Below are positions 36,101-49,296 of a stretch of DNA of 64,000 bases, piece by piece. The position numbers and the translations under genes are program-made. Under the pieces are notes generated by a model, which saw only the letters and a program-made list of their open reading frames with translations, did not search any database and had not been told where the DNA came from. The stretch is from Macrostomum lignano (taxonomy: Eukaryota): the NCBI GenBank assembly GCA_002269645.1, contig NIVC01003037.1:59708-123707 (forward strand), read 5' to 3'. The number at the start of each line of letters is the position of its first letter. Position 1 is the first letter of the stretch.

Positions 36101-39100
36101 TCTATTCTAGATGTCCTAGATTGAGTCAGCTCATTCTAGATGTCCTAGATTGAGTCAGCTCCATTCTAGATGCTCTAGATTGAGTCAGCTCCATTCTAGA
36201 TGTCCTAGATTGAGTCAGCTCCATTCTAGATGTCTAGATTGAGTCAGCTCCATTCTAGATGCTCTAGATTGAGTCAGCTCATTCTAGATGTCTAGATTGA
36301 GTCAGCTCATTCTAGATGTCTAGATTGAGTCAGCTCCATTCTAGATGTCCTAGATTGAGTCAGCTCCATTCTAGATGTCTAGATTGAGTCAGCTCCATTC
36401 TAGATGCTCTAGATTGAGTCAGCTCCATTCTAGATGTCTAGATTGAGTCAGCTCCATTCTAGATGCTCTAGATTGAGTCAGCTCCATTCTAGATGCTCTA
36501 GATTGAGTCAGCTCCATTCTAGATGTCCTAGATTGAGTCAGCTCCATTCTAGATGTCTAGATTGAGTCAGCTCCATTCTAGATGTCTAGATTGAGTCAGC
36601 TCCATTCTAGATGTCCTAGATTGAGTCAGCTCCATTCTAGATGTCTAGATTGAGTCAGCTCCATTCTAGATGTCCTAGATTGAGTCAGCTCCATTCTAGA
36701 TGTCTAGATTGAGTCAGCTCCATTCTAGATGTCTAGATTGAGTCAGCTCCATTCTAGATGTCCTAGATTGAGTCAGCTCCATTCTAGATGTCCTAGATTG
36801 AGTCAGCTCCATTCTAGATGTCTAGATTGAGTCAGCTCCATTCTAGATGTCTAGATTGAGTCAGCTCCATTCTAGATGTCTAGATTGAGTCAGCTCCATT
36901 CTAGATGCTCTAGATTGAGTCAGCTCCATTCTAGATGTCCTAGATTGAGTCAGCTCCATTCTAGATGTCTAGATTGAGTCAGCTCCATTCTAGATGTCCT
37001 AGATTGAGTCAGCTCCATTCTAGATGTCCTAGATTGAGTCAGCTCCATTCTAGATGTCTAGATTGAGTCAGCTCCATTCTAGATGTCCTAGATTGAGTCA
37101 GCTCCATTCTAGATGTCCTAGATTGAGTCAGCTCCATTCTAGATGTCCTAGATTGAGTCAGCTCCATTCTAGATGTCCTAGATTGAGTCAGCTCATTCTA
37201 GATGTCTAGATTGAGTCAGCTCCATTCTAGATGTCTCTAGATTGAGTCAGCTCCATTCTAGATGTCCTAGATTGAGTCAGCTCCATTCTAGATGCTCTAG
37301 ATTGAGTCAGCTCTTCTAGATGTCCTAGATTGAGTCAGCTCATTCTAGATGTCCTAGATTGAGTCAGCTCATTCTAGATGTCTCTAGATTGAGTCAGCTC
37401 CATTCTAGATGTCCTAGATTGAGTCAGCTCCATTCTAGATGTCTAGATTGAGTCAGCTCCATTCTAGATGCTCTAGATTGAGTCAGCTCATTCTAGATGC
37501 TCTAGATTGAGTCAGCTCCATTCTAGATGTCTAGATTGAGTCAGCTCTATTCTAGATGTCCTAGATTGAGTCAGCTCCATTCTAGATGTCCTAGATTGAG
37601 TCAGCTCCATTCTAGATGTCTAGATTGAGTCAGCTCCATTCTAGATGTCCTAGATTGAGTCAGCTCCATTCTAGATGTCTAGATTGAGTCAGCTCCATTC
37701 TAGATGTCCTAGATTGAGTCAGCTCCATTCTAGATGTCTAGATTGAGTCAGCTCCATTCTAGATGTCCTAGATTGAGTCAGCTCCATTCTAGATGTCTAG
37801 ATTGAGTCAGCTCCATTCTAGATGTCTAGATTGAGTCAGCTCCATTCTAGATGTCTAGATTGAGTCAGCTCCATTCTAGATGTCTAGATTGAGTCAGCTC
37901 CATTCTAGATGTCTAGATTGAGTCAGCTCCATTCTAGATGTCTAGATTGAGTCAGCTCCATTCTAGATGTCTAGATTGAGTCAGCTCCATTCTAGATGTC
38001 CTAGATTGAGTCAGCTCCATTCTAGATGTCTAGATTGAGTCAGCTCCATTCTAGATGTCTAGATTGAGTCAGCTCCATTCTAGATGTCTAGATTGAGTCA
38101 GCTCCATTCTAGATGTCCTAGATTGAGTCAGCTCCATTCTAGATGTCCTAGATTGAGTCAGCTCCATTCTAGATGTCTAGATTGAGTCAGCTCCATTCTA
38201 GATGTCTAGATTGAGTCAGCTCCATTCTAGATGTCTAGATTGAGTCAGCTCCATTCTAGATGTCTAGATTGAGTCAGCTCCATTCTAGATGTCTAGATTG
38301 AGTCAGCTCCATTCTAGATGTCTAGATTGAGTCAGCTCCATTCTAGATGTCTAGATTGAGTCAGCTCCATTCTAGATGTCTAGATTGAGTCAGCTCCATT
38401 CTAGATGTCTAGATTGAGTCAGCTCCATTCTAGATGTCTAGATTGAGTCAGCTCCATTCTAGATGTCCTAGATTGAGTCAGCTCCATTCTAGATGTCTAG
38501 ATTGAGTCAGCTCCATTCTAGATGTCCTAGATTGAGTCAGCTCCATTCTAGATGTCCTAGATTGAGTCAGCTCCATTCTAGATGTCTAGATTGAGTCAGC
38601 TCCATTCTAGATGTCTAGATTGAGTCAGCTCCATTCTAGATGTCCTAGATTGAGTCAGCTCCATTCTAGATGTCTAGATTGAGTCAGCTCCATTCTAGAT
38701 GCTCTAGATTGAGTCAGCTCCATTCTAGATGTCTAGATTGAGTCAGCTCCATTCTAGATGTCTAGATTGAGTCAGCTCCATTCTAGATGTCTAGATTGAG
38801 TCAGCTCCATTCTAGATGTCTAGATTGAGTCAGCTCCATTCTAGATGTCTAGATTGAGTCAGCTCCATTCTAGATGTCTAGATTGAGTCAGCTCCATTCT
38901 AGATGTCTAGATTGAGTCAGCTCCATTCTAGATGTCCTAGATTGAGTCAGCTCCATTCTAGATGTCCTAGATTGAGTCAGCTCCATTCTAGATGTCCTAG
39001 ATTGAGTCAGCTCCATTCTAGATGTCCTAGATTGAGTCAGCTCCATTCTAGATGTCTAGATTGAGTCAGCTCCATTCTAGATGCTCTAGATTGAGTCAGC

Positions 39101-42100
39101 TCCATTCTAGATGTCTAGATTGAGTCAGCTCCATTCTAGATGTCTAGATTGAGTCAGCTCATTCTAGATGTCTAGATTGAGTCAGCTCATTCTAGATGTC
39201 CTAGATTGAGTCAGCTCATTCTAGATGTCTAGATTGAGTCAGCTCCATTCTAGATGTCCTAGATTGAGTCAGCTCCATTCTAGATGTCCTAGATTGAGTC
39301 AGCTCCATTCTAGATGTCTAGATTGAGTCAGCTCCATTCTAGATGCTCTAGATTGAGTCAGCTCATTCTAGATGCTCTAGATTGAGTCAGCTCATTCTAG
39401 ATGTCCTAGATTGAGTCAGCTCCATTCTAGATGTCCTAGATTGAGTCAGCTCCATTCTAGATGTCCTAGATTGAGTCAGCTCCATTCTAGATGTCTAGAT
39501 TGAGTCAGCTCCATTCTAGATGCTCTAGATTGAGTCAGCTCCATTCTAGATGCTCTAGATTGAGTCAGCTCCATTCTAGATGCTCTAGATTGAGTCAGCT
39601 CCATTCTAGATGTCTAGATTGAGTCAGCTCCATTCTAGATGTCCTAGATTGAGTCAGCTCATTCTAGATGTCTAGATTGAGTCAGCTCCATTCTAGATGT
39701 CTAGATTGAGTCAGCTCCATTCTAGATGTCCTAGATTGAGTCAGCTCCATTCTAGATGCTCTAGATTGAGTCAGCTCCATTCTAGATGTCTAGATTGAGT
39801 CAGCTCCATTCTAGATGTCTAGATTGAGTCAGCTCCATTCTAGATGTCTAGATTGAGTCAGCTCCATTCTAGATGTCTAGATTGAGTCAGCTCCATTCTA
39901 GATGTCTAGATTGAGTCAGCTCCATTCTAGATGTCCTAGATTGAGTCAGCTCCATTCTAGATGTCCTAGATTGAGTCAGCTCCATTCTAGATGTCTAGAT
40001 TGAGTCAGCTCCATTCTAGATGTCTAGATTGAGTCAGCTCCATTCTAGATGTCTAGATTGAGTCAGCTCCATTCTAGATGTCCTAGATTGAGTCAGCTCC
40101 ATTCTAGATGTCCTAGATTGAGTCAGCTCCATTCTAGATGTCCTAGATTGAGTCAGCTCCATTCTAGATGTCCTAGATTGAGTCAGCTCCATTCTAGATG
40201 TCTAGATTGAGTCAGCTCCATTCTAGATGTCTAGATTGAGTCAGCTCCATTCTAGATGTCTAGATTGAGTCAGCTCCATTCTAGATGTCTAGATTGAGTC
40301 AGCTCCATTCTAGATGTCTAGATTGAGTCAGCTCCATTCTAGATGCTCTAGATTGAGTCAGCTCCATTCTAGATGTCCTAGATTGAGTCAGCTCCATTCT
40401 AGATGTCCTAGATTGAGTCAGCTCCATTCTAGATGTCTAGATTGAGTCAGCTCCATTCTAGATGTCTAGATTGAGTCAGCTCCATTCTAGATGTCTAGAT
40501 TGAGTCAGCTCCATTCTAGATGTCTAGATTGAGTCAGCTCCATTCTAGATGTCTAGATTGAGTCAGCTCCATTCTAGATGTCTAGATTGAGTCAGCTCCA
40601 TTCTAGATGTCTAGATTGAGTCAGCTCCATTCTAGATGTCCTAGATTGAGTCAGCTCCATTCTAGATGTCTAGATTGAGTCAGCTCCATTCTAGATGTCT
40701 AGATTGAGTCAGCTCCATTCTAGATGTCCTAGATTGAGTCAGCTCCATTCTAGATGTCTAGATTGAGTCAGCTCCATTCTAGATGTCTAGATTGAGTCAG
40801 CTCCATTCTAGATGTCCTAGATTGAGTCAGCTCCATTCTAGATGTCTAGATTGAGTCAGCTCCATTCTAGATGTCTAGATTGAGTCAGCTCCATTCTAGA
40901 TGTCTAGATTGAGTCAGCTCCATTCTAGATGTCTAGATTGAGTCAGCTCCATTCTAGATGTCTAGATTGAGTCAGCTCCATTCTAGATGTCTAGATTGAG
41001 TCAGCTCCATTCTAGATGTCCTAGATTGAGTCAGCTCCATTCTAGATGTCTAGATTGAGTCAGCTCCATTCTAGATGTCCTAGATTGAGTCAGCTCCATT
41101 CTAGATGTCTAGATTGAGTCAGCTCCATTCTAGATGTCCTAGATTGAGTCAGCTCCATTCTAGATGTCTAGATTGAGTCAGCTCCATTCTAGATGCTCTA
41201 GATTGAGTCAGCTCCATTCTAGATGTCTAGATTGAGTCAGCTCCATTCTAGATGTCTAGATTGAGTCAGCTCCATTCTAGATGTCTAGATTGAGTCAGCT
41301 CCATTCTAGATGTCTAGATTGAGTCAGCTCCATTCTAGATGTCTAGATTGAGTCAGCTCCATTCTAGATGTCTAGATTGAGTCAGCTCCATTCTAGATGC
41401 TCTAGATTGAGTCAGCTCCATTCTAGATGTCTAGATTGAGTCAGCTCCATTCTAGATGTCCTAGATTGAGTCAGCTCCATTCTAGATGTCTAGATTGAGT
41501 CAGCTCCATTCTAGATGTCTAGATTGAGTCAGCTCCATTCTAGATGTCTAGATTGAGTCAGCTCCATTCTAGATGTCTAGATTGAGTCAGCTCCATTCTA
41601 GATGTCTAGATTGAGTCAGCTCCATTCTAGATGTCTAGATTGAGTCAGCTCCATTCTAGATGTCTAGATTGAGTCAGCTCCATTCTAGATGTCTAGATTG
41701 AGTCAGCTCCATTCTAGATGTCTAGATTGAGTCAGCTCCATTCTAGATGTCTCTAGATTGAGTCAGCTCCATTCTAGATGTCTAGATTGAGTCAGCTCCA
41801 TTCTAGATGTCTAGATTGAGTCAGCTCCATTCTAGATGTCTAGATTGAGTCAGCTCCATTCTAGATGTCTAGATTGAGTCAGCTCCATTCTAGATGTCTA
41901 GATTGAGTCAGCTCCATTCTAGATGTCTAGATTGAGTCAGCTCCATTCTAGATGTCTAGATTGAGTCAGCTCCATTCTAGATGTCTAGATTGAGTCAGCT
42001 CCATTCTAGATGCTCTAGATTGAGTCAGCTCCATTCTAGATGTCCTAGATTGAGTCAGCTCCATTCTAGATGTCCTAGATTGAGTCAGCTCCATTCTAGA

Positions 42101-45100
42101 TGCTCTAGATTGAGTCAGCTCCATTCTAGATGTCCTAGATTGAGTCAGCTCCATTCTAGATGTCCTAGATTGAGTCAGCTCCATTCTAGATGTCTAGATT
42201 GAGTCAGCTCCATTCTAGATGTCTAGATTGAGTCAGCTCCATTCTAGATGTCTAGATTGAGTCAGCTCCATTCTAGATGTCTAGATTGAGTCAGCTCCAT
42301 TCTAGATGCTCTAGATTGAGTCAGCTCCATTCTAGATGTCTAGATTGAGTCAGCTCCATTCTAGATGTCCTAGATTGAGTCAGCTCCATTCTAGATGTCC
42401 TAGATTGAGTCAGCTCCATTCTAGATGTCCTAGATTGAGTCAGCTCCATTCTAGATGTCCTAGATTGAGTCAGCTCCATTCTAGATGTCCTAGATTGAGT
42501 CAGCTCCATTCTAGATGTCTAGATTGAGTCAGCTCCATTCTAGATGTCTAGATTGAGTCAGCTCCATTCTAGATGTCCTAGATTGAGTCAGCTCCATTCT
42601 AGATGTCTAGATTGAGTCAGCTCCATTCTAGATGTCTAGATTGAGTCAGCTCCATTCTAGATGTCCTAGATTGAGTCAGCTCCATTCTAGATGCTCTAGA
42701 TTGAGTCAGCTCCATTCTAAGATGCTCTAGATTGAGTCAGCTCCATTCTAGATGTCCTAGATTGAGTCAGCTCCATTCTAGATGTCCTAGATTGAGTCAG
42801 CTCCATTCTAGATGTCTAGATTGAGTCAGCTCCATTCTAGATGTCTAGATTGAGTCAGCTCCATTCTAGATGTCTAGATTGAGTCAGCTCCATTCTAGAT
42901 GTCTAGATTGAGTCAGCTCCATTCTAGATGTCTAGATTGAGTCAGCTCCATTCTAGATGTCTAGATTGAGTCAGCTCCATTCTAGATGTCTAGATTGAGT
43001 CAGCTCCATTCTAGATGTCTAGATTGAGTCAGCTCCATTCTAGATGCTCTAGATTGAGTCAGCTCCATTCTAGATGTCCTAGATTGAGTCAGCTCCATTC
43101 TAGATGTCCTAGATTGAGTCAGCTCCATTCTAGATGCTCTAGATTGAGTCAGCTCCATTCTAGATGTCTAGATTGAGTCAGCTCCATTCTAGATGTCCTA
43201 GATTGAGTCAGCTCCATTCTAGATGTCTAGATTGAGTCAGCTCCATTCTAGATGTCTAGATTGAGTCAGCTCCATTCTAGATGTCTAGATTGAGTCAGCT
43301 CCATTCTAGATGTCTAGATTGAGTCAGCTCCATTCTAGATGTCTAGATTGAGTCAGCTCCATTCTAGATGCTCTAGATTGAGTCAGCTCCATTCTAGATG
43401 TCTAGATTGAGTCAGCTCCATTCTAGATGTCTAGATTGAGTCAGCTCCATTCTAGATGTCCTAGATTGAGTCAGCTCCATTCTAGATGTCCTAGATTGAG
43501 TCAGCTCCATTCTAGATGTCTAGATTGAGTCAGCTCCATTCTAGATGTCCTAGATTGAGTCAGCTCCATTCTAGATGTCCTAGATTGAGTCAGCTCCATT
43601 CTAGATGTCTAGATTGAGTCAGCTCCATTCTAGATGTCTAGATTGAGTCAGCTCCATTCTAGATGTCCTAGATTGAGTCAGCTCCATTCTAGATGTCTAG
43701 ATTGAGTCAGCTCCATTCTAGATGTCTAGATTGAGTCAGCTCCATTCTAGATGTCCTAGATTGAGTCAGCTCCATTCTAGATGCTCTAGATTGAGTCAGC
43801 TCCATTCTAGATGCTCTAGATTGAGTCAGCTCTTCTAGATGTCCTAGATTGAGTCAGCTCTATTCTAGATGTCCTAGATTGAGTCAGATCCATTCTAAGA
43901 TGCTCTAGATTGAGTCAGCTCCATTCTAGATGTCCTAGATTGAGTCAGCTCCATTCTAGATGTCTAGATTGAGTCAGCTCCATTCTAGATGCTCTAGATT
44001 GAGTCAGCTCCATTCTAGATGCTCTAGATTGAGTCAGCTCCATTCTAGATGTCTAGATTGAGTCAGCTCCATTCTAGATGTCCTAGATTGAGTCAGCTCC
44101 ATTCTAGATGCTCTAGATTGAGTCAGCTCCATTCTAGATGTCCTAGATTGAGTCAGCTCCATTCTAGATGTCCTAGATTGAGTCAGCTCCATTCTAGATG
44201 CTCTAGATTGAGTCAGCTCCATTCTAGATGTCTAGATTGAGTCAGCTCCATTCTAGATGTCCTAGATTGAGTCAGCTCCATTCTAGATGTCTAGATTGAG
44301 TCAGCTCCATTCTAGATGTCTAGATTGAGTCAGCTCCATTCTAGATGCTCTAGATTGAGTCAGCTCCATTCTAGATGTCTAGATTGAGTCAGCTCCATTC
44401 TAGATGTCTAGATTGAGTCAGCTCCATTCTAGATGTCCTAGATTGAGTCAGCTCCATTCTAGATGTCTAGATTGAGTCAGCTCCATTCTAGATGTCCTAG
44501 ATTGAGTCAGCTCCATTCTAGATGTCCTAGATTGAGTCAGCTCCATTCTAGATGTCCTAGATTGAGTCAGCTCCATTCTAGATGTCTAGATTGAGTCAGC
44601 TCCATTCTAGATGTCCTAGATTGAGTCAGCTCCATTCTAGATGTCTAGATTGAGTCAGCTCCATTCTAGATGTCTAGATTGAGTCAGCTCCATTCTAGAT
44701 GTCCTAGATTGAGTCAGCTCCATTCTAGATGCTCTAGATTGAGTCAGCTCCATTCTAGATGCTCTAGATTGAGTCAGCTCTTCTAGATGTCCTAGATTGA
44801 GTCAGCTCTATTCTAGATGTCCTAGATTGAGTCAGCTCCATTCTAGATGCTCTAGATTGAGTCAGCTCCATTCTAGATGTCTAGATTGAGTCAGCTCCAT
44901 TCTAGATGTCTAGATTGAGTCAGCTCCATTCTAGATGCTCTAGATTGAGTCAGCTCCATTCTAGATGCTCTAGATTGAGTCAGCTCCATTCTAGATGTCT
45001 AGATTGAGTCAGCTCCATTCTAGATGTCTAGATTGAGTCAGCTCCATTCTAGATGCTCTAGATTGAGTCAGCTCCATTCTAGATGTCTAGATTGAGTCAG

Positions 45101-46972
45101 CTCCATTCTAGATGTCCTAGATTGAGTCAGCTCCATTCTAGATGTCTAGATTGAGTCAGCTCCATTCTAGATGTCTAGATTGAGTCAGCTCCATTCTAGA
45201 TGTCTAGATTGAGTCAGCTCCATTCTAGATGTCTAGATTGAGTCAGCTCCATTCTAGATGTCCTAGATTGAGTCAGCTCCATTCTAGATGTCTAGATTGA
45301 GTCAGCTCCATTCTAGATGTCTAGATTGAGTCAGCTCCATTCTAGATGTCCTAGATTGAGTCAGCTCCATTCTAGATGCTCTAGATTGAGTCAGCTCCAT
45401 TCTAGATGTTCTAGATTGAGTCAGCTCCATTCTAGATGTCCTAGATTGAGTCAGCTCCATTCTAGATGTCCTAGATTGAGTCAGCTCCATTCTAGATGTC
45501 TAGATTGAGTCAGCTCCATTCTAGATGTCCTAGATTGAGTCAGCTCCATTCTAGATGTCCTAGATTGAGTCAGCTCCATTCTAGATGTCCTAGATTGAGT
45601 CAGCTCCATTCTAGATGTCTAGATTGAGTCAGCTCCATTCTAGATGTCCTAGATTGAGTCAGCTCCATTCTAGATGTCCTAGATTGAGTCAGCTCCATTC
45701 TAGATGTCTAGATTGAGTCAGCTCCATTCTAGATGTCTAGATTGAGTCAGCTCCATTCTAGATGTCCTAGATTGAGTCAGCTCCATTCTAGATGTCCTAG
45801 ATTGAGTCAGCTCCATTCTAGATGTCTAGATTGAGTCAGCTCCATTCTAGATGTCTAGATTGAGTCAGCTCCATTCTAGATGTCTAGATTGAGTCAGCTC
45901 CATTCTAGATGTCTAGATTGAGTCAGCTCCATTCTAGATGTCTAGATTGAGTCAGCTCCATTCTAGATGTCTAGATTGAGTCAGCTCCATTCTAGATGTC
46001 TAGATTGAGTCAGCTCCATTCTAGATGTCTAGATTGAGTCAGCTCCATTCTAGATGTCTAGATTGAGTCAGCTCCATTCTAGATGCTCTAGATTGAGTCA
46101 GCTCCATTCTAGATGTCCTAGATTGAGTCAGCTCCATTCTAGATGTCCTAGATTGAGTCAGCTCCATTCTAGATGCTCTAGATTGAGTCAGCTCCATTCT
46201 AGATGTCCTAGATTGAGTCAGCTCCATTCTAGATGTCCTAGATTGAGTCAGCTCCATTCTAGATGCTCTAGATTGAGTCAGCTCCATTCTAGATGTCTAG
46301 ATTGAGTCAGCTCCATTCTAGATGTCCTAGATTGAGTCAGCTCCATTCTAGATGTCTAGATTGAGTCAGCTCCATTCTAGATGCTCTAGATTGAGTCAGC
46401 TCCATTCTAGATGTCTAGATTGAGTCAGCTCCATTCTAGATGTCTAGATTGAGTCAGCTCCATTCTAGATGTCTAGATTGAGTCAGCTCCATTCTAGATG
46501 CTCTAGATTGAGTCAGCTCCATTCTAGATGTCCTAGATTGAGTCAGCTCCATTCTAGATGCTCTAGATTGAGTCAGCTCCATTCTAGATGTCCTAGATTG
46601 AGTCAGCTCCATTCTAGATGTCCTAGATTGAGTCAGCTCCATTCTAGATGTCCTAGATTGAGTCAGCTCCATTCTAGATGTCCTAGATTGAGTCAGCTCC
46701 ATTCTAGATGTCCTAGATTGAGTCAGCTCCATTCTAGATGTTCTAGATTGAGTCAGCTCGATTCTAGATGCTCTAGATTGAGTCAGCTCCATTCTAGATG
46801 TCCTAGATTGAGTCAGATCCATTCTAGGATGCTCTAGATTGAGTCAGCTCCATTCTAGATGTTCTAGATTGAGTCAGCTCCATTCTAGATGTCCTAGATT
46901 GAGTCAGCTCTATTCTAGATGCTCTAGATTGAGTCAGCTCTATTCTAGATGTCCTAGATTGAGTCAGATTCA
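30104..46972. repeat. ~16.9-kb satellite, 30-bp unit (TAGATTGAGTCAGCTCCATTCTAGATGCTC) with 29/31-bp variants, inside the AAR2 intron
   Basis: Uninterrupted tandem array; about 570 units by length/period. Confidence 0.97.
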
Positions 46973-47068
46973 TTACTCAGATTGTCAGATTGAGCCTTAC
47001 AAATGCTAGACGAATTGGCACCTGCACGAAGCTGACACTGTTTACTAAATGCACTTTTGTTCATTTAG

Positions 47069-47768
47069 ATGGCGCGATCTGACCAGTTTCGCTTGGAGCC
47101 AGCGCAGTCGTCTTATCTGGCTGACAGACCGCGCACTGGACAGCCTCAGCGACTGTCCGTTCGCGGCTCCGCTGCCGCCCGGACATCCAGCTGGCTGTCC
47201 GGCCAGTGAGATCACGCGGCATCGTTTAGACCGCAGCTGGGCTCTAGCAGAACTGCTTCGCCACTCTGGTAGGCAGTTTACTGCCGAGGACAAAACTTTT
47301 GATAACATTGGAGCAGCAGCCATTGCTGATAATGATGATGATGAAGATTCCGAAGCCTTGCTTCTAGCTGAACTGCAGCTATCATTTGTCCTGGCCGTTA
47401 CTCTGCACAACTCCGCTTGCTTAGACCGTTGGCTGGGACTTTTGAACCATCTGTGCCGGGTGCGCGAGGCTCTGCTCAGTAAACGGAGACTCTTTGTCAA
47501 CCTGCTGCGCTGCCTCCTGCCTCAGCTCATCGCCCTGTCGTCATCTGGCGCCGAGTCTTCCGAGCCGGCGCCTGTTGGACTGCGCGCTCTGCTCATCGAC
47601 CTGTGGCAGAACTGCAGCATTGCCGCGAAAGAGGACAGCGGCGGAGCGTTCGGCTTGGAGATTGCTGGACCGCTGGATGCGATTCAAGCATTAGCTGGTA
47701 GATTGTGGGGCTGGCGACTGGACTGCGAGGAAGATGAAGATGCTGCTGATGTCGACGCTGACGCGTGA
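47069..47768 (+). CDS. AAR2: AAR2 splicing factor, 3' coding exon
   Basis: CATTTAG acceptor in phase 2. (R)WRDLTSF...ASEITRHRLDRSWAL...LAELQLSFV...RWLGLLNHLCR...LWGWRL matches the AAR2 C-terminal domain. Confidence 0.9.
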
Positions 47769-47895
47769 TTTGTTTAAATTGATGATTTCCGGTTATGAGT
47801 GCTTTTTCTCTACGAGTGTCTACGTGTTCTTTACTGTATGCTTCTGTGAGTGCATCGCCTGCAGTAAATGGGATTGTCAACTCGAGTGTCAGAAA

Positions 47896-48441
47896 AACAG
47901 CAACAACAGCAACAACAACAACAACCACAACAATAACAGCAACAACAACAGCAACAAGTACAATAACAACAATAGCAGCAACAACAACAACAACCACAAC
48001 AATAACAGCAACAACAACAGCAACAATTACAATAACAACAATAGCAGCAACAACAATTACAACAACAACAATAACAACAACAACAATAACAACAACAACA
48101 ATAACAGCAACAACAACAGCAACAATTACAATAACAGCAACAACAACAGCAACACTTACAACAACAACAACAACAAAAGCAGTAATAACAACAACAATAA
48201 CAGCAATAACAACAACAACAACAGAAACAACAACAATTACAATATCAACAGCAACGACAACAACAACATCAACAGCAACAACAACAACAAGAGCAACAAC
48301 AACAACTACAACAAAAATAACAACAACGGGAACAACAGCAGCAACAACAACAGCAACAATAACAACAACAACAGCAACCACAACAACAACAATAACATTA
48401 ACAAAACAACAGCAACAACAGCAGCAAAAATAACAACAACA
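47896..48441. repeat. Imperfect (AAC)n microsatellite
   Basis: AAC/AAT/AGC triplet run just downstream of the AAR2 stop. Confidence 0.93.
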
Positions 48442-49296
48442 AAAGATTTAACCTAGAAAAGTAAGGTCATGCGGTCAGGGCGTGTCAGATGCCGCGTCGC
48501 TGCGGTGTCGCGCGTCCTGGCGTCGGAATGGAGTCTATAATTTAAAGCTCCGAGCTGCTAAGCTTGTGGGACAAGGACTACTAAAGTAGGAGGTATGGGA
48601 GACTAGGTTTCTATGAAAATTTAGGGAAGCAGGTTTTATCGAAAAAAAAATTCTATAAAAAATGGCACGGCTACCTATTGGTTTTATAAATCTATTTTAT
48701 CATTCTTGTATCTGCTTGTATCTGACGATGACTGTATCAATATGTATAGCAGAATGATAAACAAGTAGGCATCCCAATCCCACCTAGACCCCCTCCTGAC
48801 TCCTTTCTAACGCTTAAGCTGGTGTTGAATTTCAGCCAGTCGACTGCCAAACTGAATGTACAGTGTCGTCTTTTGTAAATTAATCCACAAATTAAATAAA
48901 ACTTCACATATCGCGTGGCTATCCGTAAGCGGATGCTTTTATGATAAATATTGAAGACTACTACGAGTAAAGCTTAAAGACTTTGACGAGTATTTTAGAA
49001 TTCAGCTTCAAAAACAACAAAAGACAAGAGACTATTACATGTTTCTGTGAATGATTTAGGATTAGCTAATTCACTGTTGACAAAAAAAGAGGTCGCTGAG
49101 CAACAGGTTCGTCAAGCGGTTTCTCTAGCGTTATTATAGAGCTGTTTTTTGCTACTGGTAAGAATAAATGTCAGCTTAAACTACGATAGCATTAAATAAG
49201 TGTTTTCTCTCTAAAAAAAGGGTTTTTAATTTGTTTGATTAATAAACTAATTTTTCTTCAACTCCGCATCATTGAATTCACTGGCTCCTCGGCAGC

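Noticed and set aside
30123-46837. Many long ORFs (SRMELTQ... / RLSQLHSRC...)
   Set aside because: They are translations of a 30-bp stop-free unit, open on both strands and bounded by indel units. The array lies inside a well-supported intron.
30104-46972. CRISPR-like array (30-bp repeat with palindromic parts)
   Set aside because: Units are head-to-tail with no unique spacers, there are no cas genes, and the context is a eukaryotic intron.
30046-47068. U12-type or recursive splicing of the giant intron
   Set aside because: The donor is not GTATCC/ATATCC and the repeat unit contains no AG|GT ratchet point.
47593-48456. Poly-Asn, poly-Thr and poly-Val ORFs
   Set aside because: Three frames of an (AAC)n microsatellite.
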